Assembly (NCBI RefSeq): GCF_037042905.1
Contig: NC_087252.1
Span: 11,286,001 to 11,350,000 of the forward strand
Direction of reading: 5' to 3'
Source: Lytechinus pictus
Taxonomy: Eukaryota
Length of the DNA stretch: 64,000 nt
Shown: piece by piece, positions 1-12,900 of the stretch
Position numbering within the stretch: position 1 is the stretch's first letter
Layout: every line of letters starts with the position of its first letter
Position numbers and translations under genes: made by a program
The notes under the pieces: generated by a model
The model's database searches: none
What the model was told of the DNA's origin: nothing
Seen by the model: the letters and a program-made list of their open reading frames with translations, nothing else

Positions 1-290
1 TTTGAGCCCCCTAAATGTGCATGCGCCGGGTTAAACTAGTGCATATCTTGTTGCCCGAGTCCAGTTATACAAGATAGGATACATGGTTACCCTGGCTAGG
101 CCGTCGGGATATCCCTGGGGGCCCCTTGAAAAGAAAAAATAAAAAAATAACAATTTTCTGCCCTTTTATTCACTGACGTTTGTCCCCTGAATGTCCTCTT
201 ACTAGGGCAGGCCAGTGACAGTGTTGTTATGGTTGCCCGAGACGTGCTGCACCTGTTTAACCCCCTAGTTCGCTTTCAAGACCCCTAATT

Positions 291-400
291 TTTGAATATC
301 GAATATCGAATATTGGTCCAACTTCACACGCGTTTGAATATCGAACCTGAATATCAAACCAACTTCACAGTTTGAATATCGAATATCGAATATCCAACCA
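291..400 (+). repeat. Short GAATATC/AACTTCAC modular repeat
   Basis: TTTGAATATCGAA...CCAACTTC module repeated about 3 times. Confidence 0.7.
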
Positions 401-605
401 ACTTCCTGCCGGTCTTCTTCTTGTTGTTGTTATAATGTTGGGTACCCGGGTCTGTTGACGTTGGCGCTATATCCATCGATTTCGATGATTTTCGCCAGGC
501 TTGGTTTGAGAGCTTCGGCGTCGGCGTCGGAGCTTCCCGGAGTTAGCGGGCGCGGCGTACTGCTCCCTTCTTCATAATTATATGCCATCACGTGGTAGTT
601 ATAAA

Positions 606-906
606 TAAGTGGTGGGAACGACTTATAAGTGGTGGGAACGACTTATAAGTGGTGGTAACGACTTATAAGTGGTGGGAACGACTTATAAGTGGTGGGAACG
701 ACTTATAAGTGGTGGGAACGACTTATAAGTGGTGGGAACGACTTATAAGTGGTGGGAACGACTTATAAGTGGTGGGAACGACTTATAAGTGGTGGGAACG
801 ACTTATAAGTGGTGGGAACGACTTATAAGTGGTGGGAACGACTTATAAGTGGTGGGAACGACTTATAAGTGGTGGGAACGACTTATAAGTGGTGGGAACG
901 ACTTAT
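606..906 (+). repeat. 20-bp minisatellite (ACTTATAAGTGGTGGGAACG) x ~15
   Basis: Exact 20-bp period visible line by line from 601 to 900; one variant unit (GGTAACG near 655). Confidence 0.98.
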
Positions 907-1063
907 TTAAAAAAAATTGTCATGCATGTCCCCTCCCGGGCTCCGTAATAAATAGACTCCGGGCTGGTGTTAAATCAACACCGAAGTTTTTGCAGTGTGT
1001 TGACGAAGTTCATCCAGGTAGGCACATTGCCCAAGAAAATGCTCCACAGTCTCGTCAGAAGAT

Positions 1064-1480
1064 CCGGGGGGGGGGGCAGTCAAATGTATTGCTGTACACA
1101 CGCGTGGCCAAATTATTTCCAAACATACCCTAAACGAGTTTTTCGCGGGCTTTATTTACACATTTTGGTCCCTAAACAAGTTGTCGCCAGAATATGAACC
1201 CGGGGGAAAAGCTTGGGAGGAAAATAAACCCTAAATACGTTTGGCTAGTCTTAGAAAAAAGTTTTGGAAAAGAAGCATACCCTAAATACGTATGACCCCG
1301 CGATTGACCATTGACCAGTTTTTCAAAACTACCCCTTTTTTTTTAAATCGGTGTTTTTGATACCCTTAACAAGTGCACGCGCGGCCCGCGTCCAAAACTG
1401 AAAAAACACCCCTTTAAACGCGTTTCTAGGTCACGCGTGTGTACAGCAATATATTTGACTGCCCCCCCCCCCCCTCCCGG
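1064..1480. mobile_element. MITE with ~40-bp terminal inverted repeats
   Basis: CCGG(G)nCAGTCAAATGTATTGCTGTACACACGCGTG at the left end pairs with CACGCGTGTGTACAGCAATATATTTGACTG(C)nTCCCGG at the right end; no clear TSD. Confidence 0.8.
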
Positions 1481-1502
1481 GCAAGAGGCGAAACTGAGTT
1501 GA

Positions 1503-1618
1503 AGGACAAGTCCACCCCAACCATTAGCTGATTGAGAGGAAAATCCAACAAGCATAACACTGCAAATTTTATCAAAATCGGATGTAAAATAAGAAAGACA
1601 TTTTAAAGTTTCGCTTAA
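1503..1618 (+). mobile_element. Left-end fragment of the TTAA-type (Kolobok-like) MITE family also present at 57528
   Basis: AGGACAAGTCCACCCCAAC...AAATCCAACAAGCATAACACTG...CGCTTAA matches the left end of the 57528 copy and breaks off at a TTAA. Confidence 0.75.
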
Positions 1619-4600
1619 GGACGTTCCACAGTTAAAGTGAAGTCCATGTCATTTTCACCAAATTTTGCAGAGAGTTACTTTGGTATCTATGCATTATGAA
1701 AATGCAAAAAAATAATATAGGTTCATGTGCTTATTTTTTTCTACGGGTCTTCAAAGTCGCCGTATTTGAATGACATGCAATCTTGCGCAATCAAGAGAAT
1801 CATGCCTCTCTTAGACCTCACGAATTCACCAAATGCGTTTAAATCATCTTTACTCAGTGGATACCGCATCAAACTTCATCAAATTTTCAAGATATATAGC
1901 AAAGTGTATAACAAAGTAAGAGAAAGTCTTTTAATTGGTAAAACTATATCAATTCGGAGTCAGAAGCGCCCTCATTTGGCAAGAATGGTGCAAAAACTCG
2001 GAAAAAGCAAATCTTCAAAGACGTGAATCTACTCAAAAATTAAAAAAGTATTTTGTAAGCTGCACTTTTTTCAAAATCCATGTCATTTTCATCAAATTCA
2101 ATTAAATTGTAGAGGAATGCATATCGAAGGTGTAGGGACGTTGAAAATATGGGGTCCACGTGCTCGTTTTTTAACTATGAGTGTCCAAAGTGATGCGAGT
2201 TGGCATGAAAATCGCCGAAAATGCGTCCATAAGCATTTAGATACTCAATTTCATGTAAATATGGGGGATAAAAAAATTTCATTAGTATCTTCATTAACAT
2301 TCTTAGGGGTGACAATAGACAACAAATTGACATGGCATGAACACATTGGTATCGTCTGTAACAAAGTTTCCAAAGGAGTTGGTATTATCAACAGATTACG
2401 ATTCTTGCCAAAATTCATATTGATGACTATATACAGTGCAATTATTTTACCTTATTTAAACTATTGTAATATAGCCTGGTGTAATTCAAATAGCTCATAT
2501 ATAAACAGACTCTACCTATTGCAGAAAAAGGTTGTCCGTATCATTACAAAGTCGTCTTATCTTGCCCACTCGAAGCCACTTTTTTCTCAATTACAGATTT
2601 TGAATATTTATTATTTAAATCTCTATAATATTGCAATTTTTATGTATCTTTGTTACAGAAATAAAATTCCCATTCAAATTTCAAAATATTTTCAATTCAA
2701 TTCTGATTTTCACAATTATAATACAAGATCATCCAGTAAATATAATTTTCCCCAAACAAGAACAAACAGCTCAAAATTTTCTATTTTCTTTAAAGGTCCA
2801 GAAATTTGGAACAATATTGAAGTAATTTTAAGAGAAAAACCAACATTGAACTCATTCAAAAGGAGATATAGGCACTTTTTGTTACAGCGCGATAAGAGAT
2901 AGGATTTTCCTGCATGTGTATCGAGTGTAAGTGTGTGCGTGGGTGTGTGTGTTTGTATATACATGATTATGTTTACCGTAATTGTAAATTATTTACTTAG
3001 TGATTTTTTTGTTGTATTACATTGAAATGTATAATTTTATTTGTTTTATGTGTACTTGTTGTTTTGTAAGGGGATAACCTAGATAAGTAATTCTACTTTT
3101 GTTATCCCCTCCACTGCACTATAATATGCTTACTTTGTACACTTTTATTTTGATTGTGGAAATTCAATAAATTCAATTCAAACGTGCAAAAATCTAATAA
3201 TACCGTCTAAAATGCGAATGGTTCCGTAGTTTTGCCCCTAAACATTCAAAATCCATGTCATTTTCATCATACTCTCTAGATTTGTAGAGGAATATATTCT
3301 TAAGGCATTAAAATATTAAAAGTATGGGGTCCATGTGCTCGTTTTTAAACTATCAGTGTCCAAATTGTAGCTAGTTGGCTTGAAAATATTGAAATCCACC
3401 TAAAATGCGCCGAAAACGTGCAAAAGTCTAATATAATTATATCGTCTAAAATGCGAACGGTTCCGTAGTTTTGCTCCCTAACATTCAAAATCCATGTCAT
3501 TTTCATCATACTCTCTAGACTTGTAGAGGAATATATTCTAAAGGCAATAAAATATTGAAAATGTGGGGTCCATGTGCTCGTTTTTAAACTATCAGTGTCC
3601 AAAATGTCGCGAGTTGGCTTGAAAATATTGTAATCCGCCAAAAGTGCGCAGAAAACAAGCAAAAAGTAAAATAATACAATCTAAAATGCAAATGGTTTGA
3701 CATTTCGCTCCCAAACATTCAAAATCCATGTCATTTTCATCATACTCTCCATATTTGTAGAAAAATATATTCTGAAGACATTAAAATATTAAAAATATGG
3801 GGTCCATGTGCTCGTTTTTTAACTCTCAGTGTCCAAACTGATGCGAGTTGGCATGAAAATCGCCGAAAATGCGCCCAAAACGTGCAAAAGTCTAATAATA
3901 CCGTCCAAAATGTCTAAAATACGAATGGTTCCGTAGTTTTGCCCCCAAACATTCAAAATCCATGTCATTTTCGTCATACTCTTTAGATTTGTAGAGGAAT
4001 ATATTCTGAAGACGTTAAAATATAAGAAATATGGGGTCCATGTGCTCATTATCAAACTATCAGTGTCTAAAGTGTTGCGAGTTGGCTCGAAACAGTCTAT
4101 AATGCGCCTTAAACGGGCATAAGTCTAATACCGTCCAAAATGTCTAAAATACGAATGTTCCTTAGTCCTGCTCCCAAACATTAAAAATCCATGTCATTTT
4201 CATCATACTCTCTAGATTTGTAAAGGAATATATTTTGAAGAAGTCAAGACATTTAAACTATGGGGTCCATGTGCTCGTTTTCAAATTATCAGTGTCCAAA
4301 TTATAGCGAGTTGGCTTGAAACAGTCCAAAATGCGCCGAAAACAAGCAAAAGTCTGTTAATACCGTCTAAAATGCGAATGGTTCCGTAGTCTTGCTCCCA
4401 AACATTGAAAATCCATGTCATTTTCATCATACTTTGCACATAGATACTGTAGCACCTGAATATTCCAATTATGCAAAGGTTACCATGGGTCTATGTGCTC
4501 GATATTTTGCTATAGAGCTTCAAAGTTCACCCAAATGGATGTTCTTAAGAATTGGGCATCCAAAAGAATTTGACATTTTTTAGACCTCACGAGATCACAA

Positions 4601-4895
4601 CAATGAGTTTAAAGCTCTATTACTCAGTCAAAATCCATCAAAATTTCATCAAATTTTGCAATATGATTAATAATTGTATCCGTAAGATGGATAATCTATT
4701 TATATTGCTGTCAATTGTTTGCTCATTTAAGTCTAACAACACTCTCAGTTCTTAGAAATTGCAGGAAAGATACTCAACCTCAAAAATGTGAAATTTCAAT
4801 AACAAACTTGAGTAGTAAAAGAAATGCTGCACTTTCTTCAAAACCCATGTCATTTTCATCAAACTTTGCAAAGTTGTAGAGGAAGGTATACCTAA
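1619..4895 (+). repeat. Diverged ~225-240-bp tandem repeat, unrelated to the main satellite, probably inside a TTAA-inserted element
   Basis: Anchor AAATCCATGTCATTTTC at about 2074, 3248, 3487, 3720, 3955, 4184, 4408 and 4841; a longer ~430-bp unit occurs at both ends (1640-2070 resembles 4410-4840). Confidence 0.85.
2229..3179 (+). pseudogene. 5'-truncated non-LTR retrotransposon (L2/Crack/CR1 group): C-terminus of RT ORF2 plus 3' UTR
   Basis: FLGVTIDNKLTWHEHI..LPYLNYC..LLQKKVVRII..GPEIWNNI..FKRR motifs, stop at 2902, AATAAA plus (ATTCA)n tail. Flanks AAATGCGTCC and AAACGTGC rejoin into one repeat unit, so the first ~37 aa of the listed ORF are repeat-derived. Confidence 0.9.
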
Positions 4896-5300
4896 GTGCC
4901 CGTATTCTGATAGCGTGGTTTAACTTAACCCTAGTCTAAGTGTGGTAATAAACTGCCATATTTAAACCTAGGTTTAAGTTTCGTATTCCGATAGCAAGGT
5001 TTAAGTTAACCCTGGTCTAAGTGTGGTAATAAATCCTCAAAAAGTTAAACTCGCGCTGGGGGTAGTTTAAGCCTGGTTTAACTTTCTTCAATCATGGCTG
5101 ACCTGTTGAACTTGTTGCAAAGAGGGGAAGAGTATGGTCAGATTTTGAACCGGCTGGCCCCCGAAAGACCACTTGTAGATCGCGGGGACCCCTTCTATAA
5201 TTATAATGGGATCCAATTTTCACAGAGATATCGCATTTCTAAACGAACAGCGTTATCTCTCGTTGATGATTTGGCAGGACCTCTTGCACGTACTCGCTCC
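4896..5300 (+). pseudogene. 5' remnant of a PIF/Harbinger transposon with the N-terminus of a HARBI1-like transposase
   Basis: Starts TAA|GTGCCCGTATTC with duplicated subterminal repeats. ATG at 5094 gives ..RPLVDRGDPF..FSQRYRISKRTALSLVDDLAGPL, resembling the Harbinger transposase N-terminus by eye; truncated before the DDE core. Confidence 0.6.
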
Positions 5301-7425
5301 GACCAGGCTGAAGCCAGCGCACAAACCCAGCGCACAGAATATAGTGCAGCAAGCCAGCGAACAAACCCAGCGCACAGAGCTATCGCGATACAAAACGCCC
5401 AGCAACGTGTGCGTAGTCTATTAGTTGCAGACCCTAAATACAGCTTAAATTCACAAACGTCTCGAATATTGTCATAATGCGCACGGAAATGGTTTTTAGT
5501 TAAAAGGCATAGTTACCCAAACTTACCGTGATTCAAAAATATGGAATTTCCGTTATGCATTATTCCACATTGAGATTGCTTCAAATATTAGTATATGACT
5601 GATAACATTTGATTACAATCATAAAGAATTGAATGGAGTATATATATGACATGGTAATGGCATATGCAGTGCAGCTGAAAATAATACAGATCAAGAAGAA
5701 TCAAACACGGGATCAAACAAAGTTGGTAAAACAATATCGGACAAGGATAACAGAGTTATGATATTTTAAAGATCCGCATTTCGGACAGTTCTATATGCAT
5801 TTCTTTTTTAACATTCAATGGAGAAAAGTAATCTCTTCTGTATACTTATTCCCACTTTTTTAATCATAAGAAATCATGATTATTCAAAGTTCCTCCTCCT
5901 AGAATTAAAAATATTGCATCAAAAATATTTAAAGCATTTGTTCATTAATGGACATTATTTTGATATAAGAGACATTACATGATTAAAAAAATGATTTCAT
6001 GTAAGAACATTTTATATAAGCAAGACGAAAATTGGAACACGATCGATATCATAATCACTTCAAATGGATAGTCATGACTGCGTGCATTTTATTTTCACAA
6101 AATACTGCTGACTTCAATATTCATTATCAGATTTTGATGATTGCTTCCGTATTCTCCTTTGTAAATTTAACTCTTATTGATAACTATATTATTCCCAGCG
6201 CGGAGGATGAATCCATTTTATGTTTTCTAAGTTTCCTATATGTATCAATATATTTTTGAATATTCCCTTAAAAAATGCATCAATTAATGATTTTATGTGA
6301 AGGATCAGTCCCTCTCACATGGGCCTTGAACCAGGGGGGGGGGCAGACCCACATTACATTCTCAATAAAAATTACATACTGAACGACCTTGATCCATGCA
6401 TCCCCTGCGTTTCGAGAAATCTTAGACCCCGTCCCCCTTTTCTGTGCACCACTGTTCACCCCTAGATCGATGGAGTGATTAATAAAGATCAATTTGGTTG
6501 ATTTTCAAGACATGAAATGGTTATTTCGATTAGCGGCGAATTTATTTCCAAACCAAAGTGGAATTGTTGGAATACACATAGCACGCGCTATGTTTTGATC
6601 GACGCACCCCCCACATTTCGGGGCATCGGAGACCCCGTCCCCCTTTTCTGTGCACCAATCTTCACCCCTAGATCGATGAAGTGATTAATGAAGATCAATT
6701 GGCTTCATTTTCAAGACATAAAAAGGTGATTTCGATTAGCGGCGAATTTATTACCAAACCAAAGTGGAATTGTTGGAATACACGTATATAATACATAGCA
6801 TTTTCGTCCATGCCCCCCCCTACCTTTCGGGGCATCGTAGACCCCGTCCCCCTTTTCTCTGCACCAATGTTCACCCCTAAATCGATGAAATGACTAATAA
6901 AGATCAATCTCGCTGATTTTCAAGACATAAAAAGGTGATTTCGATTAGCGGCGAATTTATTACCAGCCCCCGGCCACCAAAGTGGAATAGTTGGAATACA
7001 CGTACATAATAAATAGCACGCCATAACAGCTCGCGCGATATTTTCGGCAATGCACCCCGACCTTTCGGGGCACCGTAGACCCCGTCCTCCTTTTCTGTGC
7101 ACCAATGTTCACCCCTAGATCGATGGAGTGATTAATGAAGATCAATTTGCTTCATTTTCAAGACATAAAAAGGTGATTTCGATTAGCGGCGAATTTATTA
7201 CCAAACCAAAGTGGAATTGTTGGAATACACGTATATAATACATAGCATTTTCATCCACGCCCCCCCCCCCTACCTTTCGGGGCATCGTAGACCCCGTCCC
7301 CCTTTTCTCTGCACCAATGTTCACCCCTAAATCGATGGAATGACTAATAAAGATAAATTTCGCTGATTTTCAAGACATAAAAAGGTGATTTCGATTAGCG
7401 GCCAATTTATTACCAGCCCCCGGCC

Positions 7426-9365
7426 GCGCGTTTCCGTTTTACACCCTGGCGAAGGCATTTTCCGGAAAAATAGCCACAAAGCGACTAGTGAAGAGTCTAC
7501 GTCTACGTTTGTTTACATAATCAGCTGGGCGCGCGATCCAAAAGTCTGCACCGAAGATATCCGCAGAACATACGTGCAAATGCAGCTGAGCTTATAGACC
7601 AAAAGCTTCAGTCTCTGTATTTTGGTTGTTCCGCTGAACTATATACGTTGGCTTCATGATTTTTTTTTACTTTATCGCACATGATCGTTTATATGAATGA
7701 AAACGAATAATAGCTAAAATATTGAAAAATAAAACACATAATTACTTTTTTTCATATTATATCTATCCTTATATCTATCATATCTGTCTATCCACTATCT
7801 ATGTTATAAATCAATCTATGGTACTACATGATATATCTATCTGTTAATTTGTCTATCTACTCTGTCTCTCTCATTCTCTATCTACCTATCTATCTGTCTA
7901 TCTATCTATCCATCTAACATCTATCTCTCAAATTCTCTATCTATCCATCTGTCTCTCTTTTATTTCTCTCTATCCATCTGTTAATCTACTCATGTGCAAT
8001 ATCAACACTGCTTCGACTTCCTTCGGGAGTCTATTTCCTCAGCTCTACTTTTCCCTTTTTTGTGCTCGATTCGATTCAATTACTACTTTATTTACTTGTT
8101 ACCATTGTTAAATGTCTTGTATTGCATAATGAGTTTTTTTTCTGAAGGTTGCCTCCTTTTCTCTTTCAAATTCCACCTCTTGCTTTCCCTTCTCTTTGTC
8201 TTATCCCAATTTCTTTCCCTTCTCTCACCTCTTTCTTCTTAATCTTTCATTCCGCTTTTTTCTTCTTTGGTGACACTTTACTTTTGGCCTTTTGTATATA
8301 TTTATGATACATTTCTTTTTTATCTGTATGAATTTGTATTGTATTTGATATTTATTTATAATGTTTACTTTATATTTTGTTATGATTCTATTTGTATGTA
8401 AACATTCACTTATTTCAGTCTTTGACTGCTTGTGATTGTATTCTGATAGTTTTTATTGCAATAAAAACCAATATATATATATATATATATATATCTCAAA
8501 TTCTCTCTATCTATCCATCTGTCTGTCTTTTTCGCTCTCTCTGTTTCTCTCTATCCGTCTATCTATCTCTCGAATTCTCTCTATCCATCTGTCTGTCTGT
8601 CTCTCAAATTCTCTCTCTCTATCTATCTATCCATCTGTCTGTCTTTTTCTCTCTATCCGTCTATGTATCTATCTCTCAAATTATATATCTATCTATCTAT
8701 CTATGTAACTACAGTATCTATCTATTAATCTTCTCTCTCTCTCTCTCTCTCTCTATCTATCCATCTGTCTTTCTCTAGTTCTCTCTCTCTCTATCAATCT
8801 ATCTATCTATCTTCTATCTATCTATATATCTATATGTAACTGCAGTATCTATCGATCTGTTAATTTGTCGCTCTTCTCTGTCTCTCTCATTCTTTATCTA
8901 TATATCCATCTAACATCTACCTATCTCTCAAATTCTATATCTGTCTCTCTCTCTCCCTCCCTCTCTCTATCTATCTATCCATCTGTCTGTCTTTCTCTAT
9001 TTCTCTCTATCTATCTATCTATCTTCTATCTATCTATTTATCTATCTATCTATGTAACTACAGTATCTATCTTTCTGTTAATTTGTCTATCTTCTCTGTC
9101 TCTCTCATTCTTTATCTATCTATCTATCTATTTATCTATCTATCTATATATCTATCTAACATCTATCTATCTTTCAAATTCTCTATCTCTCTCTCCCTCT
9201 ATCTATCTCTCCATCTGTCTGTCTTTTTTTTCTCTCTTTGTCTATTTCTCTTTTTCCGTCCATATATATATATCTATCTATCTATCTATAACATCTCTCC
9301 ATCTCTCAAGTTCTCTCCCCCCATCTATCTATCTATCTATCTATCTATCTATATATATATATATA

Positions 9366-9401
<36 letters not shown>

Positions 9402-9872
9402 CATCTCTCTGTCTTTCCCTCTCTCTCTCTACTTCTATTTATCTATTTATCTATCTATCTATGTCTCTATCTATTTATCAGTCTTCTATATCTATCTTTC
9501 GGCATCTAAGTGTATCAATCCATCACACTTCAATTTTCTTTCTATTATATGTATCTGTTTATTTTTATTTTGTCTGTCATTCTATTCATTTAGTTAATAA
9601 TTTATATTTAGAAAAAAAAACTTTTTCATAACTATTCATAAAAAAAAACGTAACTGCAAACAAGCATGTTCGGATTTCACTCATATGACTGCTCTCTGTA
9701 CAGTGCCGAAGAACTCTATGCTCTGATCAGTAACTGTGCAGATTGCATGCGGTGGTGTGGGACTCGCCTGTGTCGCACGCTGCAACCAGCGACGTGTGTA
9801 GACTCTTCACTAGTCGCTTTGTGGCTATTTTTGCGGAAAATGCCTTCGCCAGGGTGTAAAACGGAAACGCGC
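7426..9872. mobile_element. Non-autonomous Mutator-like (MULE) DNA transposon, 2447 bp
   Basis: 75-bp TIRs (7426-7500 and 9798-9872, 1 mismatch) and a perfect 9-bp TSD CCCCCGGCC (7417-7425, 9873-9881); interior mostly TCTA/CT low complexity. Superfamily inferred from TSD length and long G-starting TIR. Confidence 0.9.
7760..9500 (+). repeat. (TCTA)n/(CT)n/(TA)n compound low-complexity tract
   Basis: Seen directly; interrupted by a T-rich segment at ~7990-8470 ending in AATAAA, possibly a retroposed 3' UTR. Confidence 0.9.
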
Positions 9873-9950
9873 CCCCCGGCCACCAAAGTGGAATAGTTGG
9901 AATACACGTACATAATATATAGCACGCCATAACAGCTCGCGCGATATTTT

Positions 9951-12900
9951 ACTGCTGGCTAGCGACCGACGGATTTCCATTCTCAGTCGTTCTCTGATTG
10001 GTCAGTTAAGACAGTGCGGTGTCTGTGTGTTCCGTGTGTGTATATGTGATGCGAAACGTGCTGTACATGTGTTCACTGGACGTGTGGGCATAGAGTAGAT
10101 ACCCAGTCGTTTTATTGATTTTAACCTTACAATAACAACGATCAGGGATGGGTTTATTTTGTTGCTGTGTGTGCATGTGAAGGATAGAAGTTTTTTACAG
10201 CTCTTAATTAACTGACTCTCTTTCCAAGCTTAAAATTATAATGATAATTGCTACATTCCAATTGTGTGATTTGTTTGTTTTAGAAAAGGTCTTTTATTTT
10301 TTCCTGTCTATTAATTCTCCCATTATTAAAGAGTCTTCACTTAATTATGTTTCATTACATTATACAATGTCCACTGTAATGAAAATGGAAACATGCCAGT
10401 CAATATGGACAGTATTATAAAAAATGGAAACATGCCAGTCAATGGACAGTATTATAAAAATTGGAAACATGCCGGTCAATATTGATCAGTATAATATGAA
10501 AATGGAAACATGCCGGTCAGTTTACCAATGTTTCAGTGTTTAATGAAAATGGAAACATGCCGGTCAATTGACCGGTATAATATGAAAATTTGAAACATGC
10601 CGGTCAGTTTACCATATATATCAGTGTATAATGAAAATGGAAATGCCGGTCAATTGACCGGTATAATATGAAAATTGAAACATGCCGGTCAGTTGACCAT
10701 ATGTTTCAGTGTATAATGAAAATGGAAACATGCCAGTCAGTTTACCATATATATCAGTGTATAATGAAAATGGAAACATGCCGGTCAGTTGACTATATGT
10801 TTCAGTGTATAATGATCGAAACTGGAAACTTGCCGGTCAATTGACCATTGTATAATGAAAATGGAAATATGCCGGTCAATTGATATATGTTTCAGTGTAT
10901 AATGAAAATGGAAACATGCCGGTCAATTGACCAGTATAATGAAAATGGAATGCCGGTCATTTGACCATATGTTTCAGTGTATAATGAAAATGGAAACATG
11001 CCGGTCAATTTGACCAGTATAATATGAAAATGGAAAAATGCTGATGGTCAATTAATTCTTACTATATATGTTTCAGTGTATAATTAAAATGGAAACGTGC
11101 CGGTCAGTTCTGTTCATTTTCTCTCTCTCTTAATTTTTGTTCTTTCTCTCATTGTCCAGATGCAATGTGCTTTTTATTTACTTTTTACTTTTATATTTTT
11201 TGAAATACAGAAAGTGACAAGAACGTTTTTCATCAGCTAGATCATGATGCACATATTCATTAAGATTTCACAATATGAAGAAATGTGCGCATTGAAAATG
11301 GCAACACTGAGACAAATGAACTTGATTTTTTCATTTTCTCAATACATTTTGTTTTATTTATTCACCATGTAACACACAAATAAATCGACAGAAATAGTGT
11401 TACATAGATATAATGATACATAGGAATAGCTGAACATAAACAAAATATGTTTGAAGTGCAGATATAGCATCCTAGGTAAATAATTCATTTGAACTAAAAC
11501 ATTGGCTCTAAATAAGCATTCATAAAAAACTAAAATATTGCCCTATAGCATGTTGAAATACAGCTAATTATATCATCTTGAATAAAATTTTAAAAACATG
11601 CATACACTATTATACCTCAATGAGGAAAAGAATACTTGGAAAAAATCATCATTTACAGTATTCTGAGAGAAATAAATCCATACAACTATACACGTATAAC
11701 AGTGATATTCTCTGATGAATTTCACTGGATATTTTTATGATGAATTGGGCAGTGTTAAGGGGAGGGGCATCATGCCCCAGCCCTTTGGGAGCCACTAATT
11801 AAGTGTAAATTAATTTATTTTCAGTAATACCAATTTGATAGATGAATAATCAATGGGTTCATATCTTTCAATAAAATGAGAAATACATATATTTGCATAT
11901 TTTCAACGAAAGTGTTGTGTAAAGCACCATGAAATATGAACAGCTTCGATAGAAAAATCACTTCGCATACTTTGGAATTGATAAAGATCCAATTATTTTA
12001 GTAATCCATTCATGTCCCATTTAAAGGGATGGTCCAGGCTGGGATTATTTATATCTCAATAAATAGAGTAGAATTCACAGAGCATATAATGCTGAAAATT
12101 TGATCAAAATCGGATAATAAATAACAAGTTATTGAATTTTAAAGATTTGCATTATTCCGGTGAAACAGTTCTCGGCATTTTTTCATGAATATTTATTAGG
12201 TGGGCTGATGATGTCACATCCCAACTTGTTCTTTTGTATTTTATTATATGAAATTAGGTTTAGTCAAACATTTTCTACCAAGAACTAAAACAATACTATG
12301 GGATTGATTGATTAAGTGCATTAGTTAATTGTCGCAACTTATTTGGAGACACATCATTTACACAATGTATGCATGAAAAAATGAAACATTTATGATTTCA
12401 TGTCATAACATAAGAAAAAGGAAAGTGGGGATGTGACATCATCAGCCCACCTGATGAATATTCAGGACGATGTGCATAAAACTGTTTTCACAAAATATTG
12501 ATAAAGCTTTAAAATCCAATAACTTCGTTATTTGTTATCCGATTTTCATTAGATAAAATTTTCAACATTTTGCTCTGTGAATTTTACTCTATTTATTTAG
12601 ATAGAAATATTTTCAGCCCGGACCATCCCTCTCTGTTGAGACTCCTCCTATACACAAAAATATAAATAAATGAAAAAATAATAGGCATTAACATTCCGAA
12701 TTAAACCTTTCTTTAAATATAGCTCGGGAACAGCTATATTGACCGGCATGTTTCCATTTTCATTATATACACTGAAACGTATAGCCAATTGACCGGCATG
12801 TTTCCATTTTCATTATATACACTGAAATATATGGTCAATTGACCGGCATGTTTCCATTTTCATTATACACTGAAACATATGGTCAACGTACTGACCGGCA

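Noticed and set aside
606..906. CRISPR-like array
   Set aside because: Pure tandem repeat without unique spacers, no cas genes, eukaryotic context.
8392..9631. Long S/I/Y/L-rich ORFs (128-214 aa)
   Set aside because: Translations of (TCTA)n/(CT)n microsatellite.
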